64,000 nucleotides of DNA from an uncultured cyanobacterium. GTDB lineage: Bacteria; Cyanobacteriota; Cyanobacteriia; Cyanobacteriales; Nostocaceae. The translations under genes were made by a program, and so were the position numbers. The notes under the pieces are model-generated. The model was not told the DNA's origin and searched no databases. It saw only the letters and a program-made list of their open reading frames with translations. The stretch spans positions 2,752,001 to 2,816,000 of the forward strand of contig CAVUDP010000002.1 in NCBI GenBank assembly GCA_963740315.1. The letters are read 5' to 3'. This document shows, one piece after another, positions 12,148-21,364 of this stretch; positions within the stretch are counted from its first letter, which is position 1; every line of letters begins with the position of its first letter.

Positions 12148-12219
12148 GTAGGGTGTGTTATGCTGCGACAGTCAAATTAAACAACAACAAATATCTGTGT
12201 TTCGCGGCTAACGCACCAT
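12148..12219. repeat. GTAG-family REP doublet (GTAGGGTGTGTTA...TAACGCACCAT)
   Basis: Same family occurs at 31184-31580 (x3), 52842-52914, 55017-55093 and 57720-57797. Confidence 0.8.
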
Positions 12220-12367
12220 TTTTTATATTTTTTCAACGCAAAGTAACGCAAAGGTAAGCGCAAAGGAATAAAGAGAGATTGTTACGAGCGAGCATGTTGC
12301 TCGTTAGCGCTCCCCAGCGAGCATCTTGCTCGCACTACGCAAACCTCGCAAAACTTATGCGGTGGAA

Positions 12368-12440
12368 TACTAGATTAAATTTTCTATATTTCGATATTCC
12401 CGGACAATCGAAATCAAGATTATCGAATTTAGAATCTCAT
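12368..12440. repeat. ~70-bp palindromic direct repeat, copy 1 (copy 2 at 14128-14200)
   Basis: TACTAGATTAAATT.TCT.TA.TTCGATATTCCCGGACAATCGAAATC shared by both copies. Confidence 0.85.
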
Positions 12441-12472
12441 AGTAACGGTGAAATACAGCTTTGATTTTATTT

Positions 12473-13765
12473 CCGTTACATAAAACTTACCCAAAAATAC
12501 TTATAACTAGACAAAACTAGACATATAGCATTTTGGTGTTTACTTCCTGCTTCAAACTGGGGTAGTCGGCTACTTCCCATCCACAGGCTGAAACTGTCTA
12601 ACTGACAGCCATAGATAAATTGATTGCAGCATTTAAATCACGGTCTATTGTAAAATTACATTTCTCACAAGAAAAAACTCTTTCACTTAACGTGAGTATT
12701 TCTTTTTTATGACCACAATTAGAACAAGTTTTAGATGATGGATACCATCTATCGACTACAATCAATTTAGAACCGTATAATTTAGATTTATATTCAAGTT
12801 GTCTTCTAGCTTCATAAAATCCCACATCAGCTATAGCACCAGCTAGCTTATGATTTTTCATCATCCCTGATACGTTTAAATCTTCTATCACTATCGTTCC
12901 GTGGTTCTTAGTTAGTAGTGAAGTTAATTTATGAATCGTATCTCTTCTGATATTAGCAATTTTTTTATGAAGCCTAGCTATTTTTAATTGAGTCTTCTTC
13001 CAGTTATTAGAACCAATTATTTTATTGCGATTTAACCACTGCAATCGTGATAATTTAGTCTTATTTTGACGATATGACTTGGCACCTTCTATAACTTCAC
13101 CTGTCGATAAAGTCGCCAGAGATTTGACACCTAAATCAACCCCTACAACAGTTGTATTCTGATTTTCTTGAACTTGGGTATCAATTTTAAAACTGATAAA
13201 CCACCTATCAGCTTGTCGGGATATCGTTACAGATTTTATTTTATTTAGAGATGGTAATCTTTCATAAGTTTTTAATTTGCCTATTCTTGGAACTTGAATA
13301 GTAAACCTGTCTATAGTCCTACAAGTTCCTTCTAGAGTAAATGAATCATTCTTACCTTTCTTTTTAAATTTTGGTTGACCACTAATTTTTTTAAAGCATC
13401 GTTTCCAAGCAGTAGATAAATTCCTTAAAGAGTATTGCGGTGCAGACTTAGAACACTCATAGTACCAAGGATTCTCTGGTTTGACTAAAGCGACTAAGTA
13501 CTTATGTAAATCAATCGCACTTGGAAATTTTATTTTAGAATCGGGATTAATTTTATTGTTTTCTAATATTGCGCGGGTTAATGCTAATCCCCAATTCCAA
13601 GCATGTCTAGAAACTCCACAATGTTTGAGCAAAACAGTTCTTTGATTATTATTTAATTTTAATTCTGTTTTAAATCCGAGCAACATTGTATAAAATTTAC
13701 GTTTTCAAGTTTTATAAATATAGACCATCTATCTTTTAGATTATTAGGTATAAACATATCATCCT
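12473..13765 (-). mobile_element. Non-autonomous tnpB-only IS element, IS607-like (left end approximate)
   Basis: tnpB followed by a right-end/omegaRNA-like region (GCCTGTGGA...GAAGCAGGAA...) ending GTAACGG at 12473. Tandem ACTAGACA repeats near that end. No tnpA. Confidence 0.7.
12598..13686 (-). CDS. tnpB: RNA-guided endonuclease TnpB
   Basis: RuvC I VGVDLG, RuvC II IVIEDLNV, Zn finger CSNC..CEKC, RuvC III DRDLNAAINL, all intact. Confidence 0.95.
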   Translation of the reverse strand: MLLGFKTELKLNNNQRTVLLKHCGVSRHAWNWGLALTRAILENNKINPDSKIKFPSAIDLHKYLVALVKPENPWYYECSKSAPQYSLRNLSTAWKRCFKKISGQPKFKKKGKNDSFTLEGTCRTIDRFTIQVPRIGKLKTYERLPSLNKIKSVTISRQADRWFISFKIDTQVQENQNTTVVGVDLGVKSLATLSTGEVIEGAKSYRQNKTKLSRLQWLNRNKIIGSNNWKKTQLKIARLHKKIANIRRDTIHKLTSLLTKNHGTIVIEDLNVSGMMKNHKLAGAIADVGFYEARRQLEYKSKLYGSKLIVVDRWYPSSKTCSNCGHKKEILTLSERVFSCEKCNFTIDRDLNAAINLSMAVS

Positions 13766-14024
13766 TATTACTATCATTAATAGTATAAATGTTAAAGTTA
13801 TTAATTCTTAAAACTCAATTGGTATAAAAGGCAACCATTAGTATAGTAAACAACCTTTAACCATCGCTTTACTGTAAATACGTGTTAGACGCTTAACACG
13901 ATATCTGGACAATATGCGTAAATATGTCTGTTTATGGGTAGAAATTAGATAACAGTTACTACCCCTACCTTTATATATATAAACCCGTTGAAAACAACTT
14001 TGAATTACCAACTACTAATCCAAA

Positions 14025-14129
14025 TCATCAATTCTGATAGGTTTGTAGTAAGTGCTGTACTTGCTCCGGATTTAGGGCTAAAGCCCTTACTACGAACCTT
14101 TTACCGTTGAAAACTAATGAAAAAGACTA
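14025..14129. repeat. REP/MITE (GGTTTGTAGTAAG..TCCGGA..CTTACTACGAAC family)
   Basis: Related copies at ~15918, ~27039 and in the 39.5-40.1 kb array. Confidence 0.75.
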
Positions 14130-14200
14130 CTAGATTAAATTATCTGTAATTCGATATTCCCGGACAATCGAAATCTATATTATGTAATTTATAATTTGAT
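14128..14200. repeat. ~70-bp palindromic direct repeat, copy 2
   Basis: Matches 12368-12440. Confidence 0.85.
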
Positions 14201-14228
14201 ATTATCAGCAACTAACCACTAACAACTA

Positions 14229-15752
14229 ATGGATGTAATTATAATCGGTAGCGGAATCGGGGGTTTAAGCTGTGGGGGATTGTTAGCGAGATATGGCTTC
14301 AAGGTGACGGTTTGCGAAAGTCATTCTATTCCCGGTGGTGCGGCACATTCTTTTAGTTATAACGGTTATAAATTTGATTCTGGGCCATCACTTTATTCTG
14401 GTTTATCTTATAGCCCTTCAAATAATCCTTTACGACAGGTGTTAGATGCAGTTGGCGAAGATTGCGAATGGGCTAATTACGAAACTTGGGGTTGCTTTCT
14501 TCCTGAAGGAGATTTTAACACGGCGGTGGGTGCGGAACAATTTTGTGAAGTACTTTTAAAATATCGTGGGGAAAAGGCTGTTAAAGAATGGCGGGAGTTG
14601 CAGCGAGTTATGGCTCCTTATGCGGATGCTGCGATCGCGATTCCTTCTGCTGCTTTACGTTTCGATTTGGGTGCTGTGAAAACTGTGGGTAAGTTTGCAC
14701 CTAGTTTAATCAAACATTTTTTCAACGTTTCTAAGTTAACCGGACCATTTAGTTCGATTATGGATGGTGTAGTAACAGATCCATTTATCCGTAACTGGTT
14801 AAATATGCTGTGTTTTCTGCTTTCGGGATTACCCGCAGATGGTACGAGTGCTGCTGAAGTCGCGTTTATGTTCGCTGACTGGTATCGTCCGGGTGTAAAG
14901 TTGGATTATCCGGTGGGTGGTGCTGGTGCTTTGGTTGATGCTTTGGTGCGGGGGTTGGAAAAACATGGTGGAAAGCTGCTTTTAAGAAGTCATGTTGAAG
15001 AAATTATCGTTGAAAATAAACGTGCTGTCGGCGTAAAGTTGCGAGGTGGTAAGGAAATTAGAGCGGATACCGTAATTTCCAATGCTTCTGTATGGGATAC
15101 TTTGAAATTAATTCCAACGAATTCGCTACCGCAACAGTTTTTTGAGAAACGGCGATCGACACCTGAATGCGAAAGTTTTATGCATCTCCATTTAGGAATT
15201 GATGCTGCTAACATTCGTGCGGATTTGCAGTGTCACTATATATATGTCAAAGATTGGCATCTGGGAATTACCGCTCCTCAAAATTTAGTATTGATATCAA
15301 TTCCTTCGGTAATAGATTCTTCCCTAGCACCACCGGGAAAGCATTCGATTCACGTTTACACTCCCGGCAGCGAGCCTTACGATTTGTGGCAGGGAATGGA
15401 TCGAAACAGCGAAGAGTATTTACAGCAAAAGCAAACCCGCGCCGAAATCATGTGGGAGGCTTTGGAAAAAGTGATTCCAGATATTCGTTCTCGTTGTGAA
15501 GTCACTTTAATTGGTACTCCCTTAACTCACGAACGTTATTTAAGAAGGAATCGCGGTTCTTACGGTCCGGCAATTCGTGCGGGTTCCGGTTTATTTCCCG
15601 GTCCCAAAACTCCGATTGTAGGTTTGATGTGTTGCGGTGATTCGACATTCCCCGGCATTGGTTTACCAGCTGTCGCAGCTTCGGGAATAATTGCTGCAAA
15701 TACTCTTGCACCTGTAAGCAAGCATTTGGAATTAATTAACGAAATTATTTGA
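14229..15752 (+). CDS. FAD-dependent oxidoreductase, phytoene desaturase/carotenoid isomerase-like family
   Basis: IIGSGIGGL Rossmann motif, FDSGPSL, GTPLTH, CGDSTFPGIGLPAVAASG. Confidence 0.88.
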   Translation: MDVIIIGSGIGGLSCGGLLARYGFKVTVCESHSIPGGAAHSFSYNGYKFDSGPSLYSGLSYSPSNNPLRQVLDAVGEDCEWANYETWGCFLPEGDFNTAVGAEQFCEVLLKYRGEKAVKEWRELQRVMAPYADAAIAIPSAALRFDLGAVKTVGKFAPSLIKHFFNVSKLTGPFSSIMDGVVTDPFIRNWLNMLCFLLSGLPADGTSAAEVAFMFADWYRPGVKLDYPVGGAGALVDALVRGLEKHGGKLLLRSHVEEIIVENKRAVGVKLRGGKEIRADTVISNASVWDTLKLIPTNSLPQQFFEKRRSTPECESFMHLHLGIDAANIRADLQCHYIYVKDWHLGITAPQNLVLISIPSVIDSSLAPPGKHSIHVYTPGSEPYDLWQGMDRNSEEYLQQKQTRAEIMWEALEKVIPDIRSRCEVTLIGTPLTHERYLRRNRGSYGPAIRAGSGLFPGPKTPIVGLMCCGDSTFPGIGLPAVAASGIIAANTLAPVSKHLELINEII

Positions 15753-16552
15753 ATAGATGGGAGAGGGGGGAGAGGGGAAAGAAAATTATTAATCAACTAC
15801 TGTTTAAAAGCCTAGTATTAATTATATTTTTATACTTGATTTAAGCATTTTCAGTGTATTTATCGATAAAATGCTCGGGTTTTATTTATAGCTAAAGTTG
15901 TAATTAATACTTTTAAAAGGTTCGTAGTAAAGACTTTAGTCCCTCCGGATTCTCTGACATGAAGTTTGTTTTTTGTGGAACTTTGGAAGACGTAAAATAA
16001 TAGTCTCTACAATCCGTTGGAATTAATATCAAAATTATTTTCTACCCACTCTTCCCTCTCTACTAACTTACTAATAGGTAAATACAATTTTTATTTCAGA
16101 TAAAATGATTATTGTCAATACCCGTATTTTTTGAAGCTATTTTCAGTATTTTTAATCACAGCAAAATTAATATTGCTTCATGTAAACATTGAGGCGATCG
16201 CTCTATTTTTTTGTTGTTGTAGTACGTCGATCAAGTAAATATCAAGTTAATTGCTGTACTTTGTAAATTAAAAGAATCCGATTTGGGTTAAAAAATTAAA
16301 ATTAGTTTTACTGCTTCCCTAAGCATACAAACCCCATATTACATCAAAACGGCTTGTAATCTCGTGGGCTAATTGAGAATTCTATCAATAAAAATTTTTA
16401 TGTAAACAACAGTAACGGGATTGTAACGGAATATGAATACAAAAGATTAATCAATGGTTGGTGAATAAACGATTCCTATTTATGATTCATCAAAAAAATG
16501 TAGAGACGTGATATATCACGTCTCCATTAATTTAGAAACCAAAAATTACCGA

Positions 16553-17086
16553 TTAAAAATAATCTGGCTGCCAATTTTGGCGGTGGATAGCGTAGTAAAC
16601 CACGTCTGTTTTGTAGAAACGAGCGTCTTTTTCGTACTTTAAGCCAGCTTTCTCCATAACTCGCACAGATGCGATATGTTTGGGAGATGCGATCGCCACA
16701 ATTTTGTGGAGTTTGGTAAACTCGAAACCGTAGTTAATCGCGGATTTTGTGGCTTCGGTAGCAATACCTCGATTCCAGTAATTTTGGTCGAGACGATAGA
16801 GAACTTCGATGTCGGGGCTATTAGGTAAACAATTAAGTCCGCAATGACCGATTAATTTTCTACTAACTTTATCAACGACAGCCCAGACACCGAAGCCGTA
16901 TTTTTCCCAATGTTCGATAAAGTATTTTAAAATTTCCCCAGTAACTTGTTTTTCTTTACCTTTGGGTATTGGTCCTCTGGGTGAATACTTCATAACTTCT
17001 GGATTGCTCAAAATTACAGTTAATCTATCCAAATCATCCAGCGTATAAGGTCTGAGTCGCAGTCGCGCAGTTTCAATTTCTGCCAT
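16553..17086 (-). CDS. GNAT N-acetyltransferase (RimJ/RimL type)
   Basis: ETARLRLRP, YWNRGIATEA, SVRVMEKAG; ATG at 17086 preferred. Confidence 0.9.
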   Translation of the reverse strand: MAEIETARLRLRPYTLDDLDRLTVILSNPEVMKYSPRGPIPKGKEKQVTGEILKYFIEHWEKYGFGVWAVVDKVSRKLIGHCGLNCLPNSPDIEVLYRLDQNYWNRGIATEATKSAINYGFEFTKLHKIVAIASPKHIASVRVMEKAGLKYEKDARFYKTDVVYYAIHRQNWQPDYF

Positions 17087-17171
17087 GATGAGTCTCAAAT
17101 TATCCTTCGATCCAGTTATTAGTTTCACGTAAATTAAATCTTGTCCGGTTTTTTGGGAAGAGGGATGTGAG

Positions 17172-17475
17172 GGATGGGGGGGATGGGGAGATGGGGAGAT
17201 GGGGAGATGGGGAGATAGGGAGATGGGGAGATAGGGAGATGGGGAGATGGGGAGATGGGGAGATGGGGAGATGGGGAGATGGGGAGATGGGGAGATGGGG
17301 AGATGGGGAGATGGGGAGAAATTAACTCCTAACTGCTCACTCCTAACTGCTCACTGCTCACTCCTAACTGCTCACTGCTCACTGCTCACTGCTCACTGCT
17401 CACTGCTCACTGCTCACTGCTCACTCCTCACTGCTCACTGCTCACTGCTCACTGCTCACTGCTCACTGCTCACTC
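17172..17475. repeat. Long STRR tracts (GGGGAGATG)n and (CTCACTG)n
   Basis: Tandem 9-mers then 7-mers seen directly. Confidence 0.95.
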
Positions 17476-18312
17476 CTAACTCCAATAAGTTAAAGGTTCT
17501 TGACGATCGCGATATCCGATAAACATGGACATGGAAACTCTTGGTCCATTTTGGGAAGCACGTACTGCATGCACTCTTGTGGAGTCAAATAAAATAAGTT
17601 CTCCGATTTGGGGTCTAATTACAGAATCAGCTGGTGGTAAAATTCGGCAATCGATGATTCCTTCGTATTGGTATTGTTTGTCATGAATTTCTGGTTGTTT
17701 GAGAGTAGATGGTTTGACGTTCCAAATTTCTAACTCTCCGCCAAATTTAGGGGTACGCAGGTAGATATTGGCGCTTAATTGAGTTACCAAGTTGGAGAAA
17801 GGATAGGTGGGAAAAATGGCAGTTTCCAATACGTCTCTTGCAAGAATGTCTTGATGGGGTGGAAGTTCAAAATCATCTTCAAATACTCTACCAATTCCCG
17901 CTAACATGGTGCGATGGTGAACGGTTTCGATGCAGGCACCAGCTAACCAAATATCTCCTAAATCTAATCTTAATTTATCGATGGGTGAGAGATAAGGAGA
18001 ACAGGTGTAACGTATATTTTTGTTACAGGCTGGAGCTTGTTGGTAATAGCGTTCGAGCATTTCTAAATTACCGTTGGTTTCAAAGAAGGTAATTCCAGTT
18101 CTTTGCACTCCCACATCTGGTGCCCGATGATATCTTTCTAAGGTATCTTGTTCGATTAATTGTTCGCTGATTTTTTCTGCTTGCTCGTGATGATAGTAGC
18201 TGGGAATTCGTAAAGCAAGCAGTTTACCGTTTAATAAATCCAGTAAATCTGTAATTACCAAATTTTGAGAAATTTTTACTAAGGTCTGTTGTTGCTGTTG
18301 AGTCGATTGCAT
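17476..18312 (-). CDS. 2OG-Fe(II) dioxygenase
   Basis: HxD (PHQD), GGELEIW, GELILFDSTRVHAV (distal His), RVS. Confidence 0.85.
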   Translation of the reverse strand: MQSTQQQQQTLVKISQNLVITDLLDLLNGKLLALRIPSYYHHEQAEKISEQLIEQDTLERYHRAPDVGVQRTGITFFETNGNLEMLERYYQQAPACNKNIRYTCSPYLSPIDKLRLDLGDIWLAGACIETVHHRTMLAGIGRVFEDDFELPPHQDILARDVLETAIFPTYPFSNLVTQLSANIYLRTPKFGGELEIWNVKPSTLKQPEIHDKQYQYEGIIDCRILPPADSVIRPQIGELILFDSTRVHAVRASQNGPRVSMSMFIGYRDRQEPLTYWS

Positions 18313-18642
18313 ACAATTGTTCCTTTGTTTGTAATTTCAATTTGTGGATTATCAGTACTCGATCGGCTTAAGCAGAGGGAAGCCTCTCTAAGGTTGACTT
18401 AGATAGGGATGAAATTTGGAAAGTTCCTCACTTTGTTAAATGCCTTGTAGATATACAAGGTGAGTTAGAACTATTACGCACAAGTTTCAAAATTTATCCC
18501 GCTTTAATTGTGCTAACCCTTTCTCAGTAAAGATTTCTACGTCAAAAAAGATTTGGTAGACGCAGTAATATAACGTAGATTTGGTGAAATATTTATTCTG
18601 AGTAAGACAAGAAAAGCCTGATAACTGAAGCGAATTAAGACT

Positions 18643-20946
18643 TTAGACTAGTTTTACTTTCATTGTCATTTCGTTGTCGTTGCTGTTTGATGTCAAATCC
18701 CCGAAACTGAATTTAAAGATGCTCTTATCCCCGTTACCGATTTCGACAATGCTATTTGTATCAGTAGCACCGAAGGATAATAATGCTTGAGCGTCACCAT
18801 TTTCAAAGTCTTGAATATTCCCGTCTTGAATTAAATAAGGAGCCAGAAGACTGTTATCGGGTAAATCAACTTGAAATTTCTCTCTTTTGGAATTATCTTT
18901 AACTCTAAAATCTGCAACGCTATTAGCAATCGCCGTTTTGAGATAATCCTCTCCATCACTTGGTGTCAGGGTTTCACCAGTCACTTCATCTACAATTGTC
19001 CCTTGCTTATCTTTGATGGCATAGAAACCAACGGTGTTATCAAATGCTGATTTTTTGGTAACTGTAATTTTGGCTTTGCCATCGTCACCTTGTAAATCTA
19101 ACAATCCATCAGGAAGAAGACTCTCTTTATTTAAGGGATTATCTTCGGAAACTTTCAAGAAAACGTTTTCCTGAAGCTCATCAATTTCGGTATTCAACTT
19201 GATGATGTCAGAATAAGTTGTCTCCTTAATCTCCTTTATTTCCTTTTTGGTAAAGAAACCACCATCTTTAATTGTTCTTTCAAACCAAAATCAATCGGCA
19301 TCCCTCAACCTTTCAAATTGCTCTCCAACTATAGCTTTAGTTGTTTCCCCGGCTCCGGAGGGTGCAACAGAATTTTCTGCAAATAACCCGATTAACAAAT
19401 CGACATCTTCTACAGTGCCGTACAACTCTTCTAAAGTATCGGCTAATTGCTTATCGTTGGTTAACTCGTTAAAACTTGTTACCCTTTCCAAACCAAAATC
19501 GGCTCTTACTTGGTTGTAATCGGCTAAACCCCGTTCCCTTCCCCTTTGAATATTGGCTGAATACAAATCAAATCCAACACCTGCTGGAGGAAACAAAGCA
19601 TTTCGTAAATCGAAGACTACATTAGTATCGACTTCTTCATCCAAAGTTACCGTGCTACCCCGCAAAATTCCATCGACATCTTTACCCTCGGTAATATTCG
19701 GCGCTCCGAATGTGGTTAATAGCGGTAAAGTTGTTGCATTACCTTCACTATCGATCGTCTCTATTTTATTACCCGTTTGAGAGTGACCGAAACGGAAACC
19801 AGCAGCGTTAAATTCATCGGATATTTGAGGAGTTTCTTTGCTGTCGTAACCCTTATATTTACTAATCTCTCCTATCTGCTGCGGCAGCCATTCATAGGTT
19901 ACTACCTGCTGAAATTGAGCGATATTAATCTGACGCGCTCTTTCAAATATCTGTTTATCCTCCCATTTAGGATGAAATGCAGATAAATCTTCGGCAATAC
20001 GATTGTGATTCCTCACCCACAACGTATGTTGTGCGACTAAAGCATCTTGCTCGCTAACTCTTTCATCTCCAGCTAAGAATCCCACACCCTGAAAAAATCC
20101 CCCTCTCATTACCTGTTGCGTATCTGCTGGAAGTAAATCATCACTGGTTGATTGTGTCTCTTCAGAAAAAACTTTCAGCCTACCTCCATTAAAACTACGA
20201 AGAGATTTGGCTAATTCCTTATCGGAGCCGTAAACAGAAGATAAATCCAGCCAGTGGGTTAAATCGTTAGGTACTTTTCCAGGTTTAGATTTACCATCTT
20301 CAACAACTCCAGTCCCCGATTTAAAAGCATTTCTAGGAAACTCGAATTCCAATCCACCATCAAACTGTCTGTTAATTGTCGCAGTCGGAGGAATATCTGG
20401 AGTAAAATTAGCGTCATTTAGAGGAATATCGATATTAAAACTATCCTCACTCAACCTTGCCAAGTTAAGATCGTGGTTAATTAACTGCCCGAAAGCCCAA
20501 TTTATCCCAGTTAAACCTTTGGAGCTAGGATCGGTTTCACCCCTATCTAATTTAGACGTTGCATTACTGATAACCCTTGCACTAGGTCGGTCTAAAGGAT
20601 CGAGCAGAACAAAAGGAGCATCAGGATTATTACTTAAACCATCCTTATTTCTAACAACCTCCAAACCCGACTTCTTCAAACGTGTTTCTTCCGCTTGACT
20701 AAAAATCGGAATCGGTTGACGACTTACAGCCTCACCATCAACACCAATTAAAGGGTTTCCCTCAGCATCATTCGCAACCCCAGCAGGGCTAGCAACTCCA
20801 TCCTCATACTCCACAGTACCAAGACGAATAAAAGGTGTACCCGTCGCTCCCAACCTCGGCTTCTCTAAATTATTTCCAGAGCCATTAATTTTGCGAATCG
20901 AATCTAGCCATTTGCCTTTATAGGGATTTCTGTCAATGATTGACAT
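18643..20946 (-). pseudogene. Animal-type heme peroxidase with C-terminal DUF4114-like domain, interrupted by an in-frame TGA at 19291-19293
   Basis: GQLINHDL, GDERVSEQ, FRFGHS, IQRGRERGL. Reads RLRDAD*FWFE and continues in frame into the 18643-19197 ORF. Confidence 0.85.
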
Positions 20947-21364
20947 CTCGCTACCTTTTGTAACTTTATATACAAATTCTAAAAAATATTTTTCCCAATT
21001 GGTGTATCTGAAAATACTTGAATTTCAAAATATAATGAATATGAGGAGTATATAAATCGCTTATTGTTGCCGCGATCGATGAAGTTTTAGTAAAGACTAG
21101 TAGCCATAAAAGCTGTAATGACAACGGTTTCAAGTAATTGTAAAATATAAACTTTCGGTAAATGTATTTCCCACAGGGATTAAATCGTATTAGTAAAATA
21201 AACCATAAATTCAACAGTAGCTACCTTACCGGGTTGATTGCCGTTTAAGAGTCAATTGCAGATATAGTCAAGGGTGACAAAGAATCGCATCCGATAATAA
21301 GTGCAAACATCAACAAAAAAAAGACTGATATTTTGCGATCGATAATTAATATAATGCAGTTATT

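Noticed and set aside
12598..13686. Cas12f or nuclease-dead TnpB regulator (TldR)
   Set aside because: No adjacent CRISPR array, an IS-type right end is present, and the D-E-D triad is intact.
17247..17522. ORF MGRWGDGE.../AHCSLLT...
   Set aside because: Pure translation of STRR tracts
19291..19293. Selenocysteine or programmed TGA readthrough in the peroxidase
   Set aside because: The position corresponds to the Arg of the D-R-F-W motif, not a Cys, and no SECIS-like hairpin is evident. A C-to-T change is simpler.
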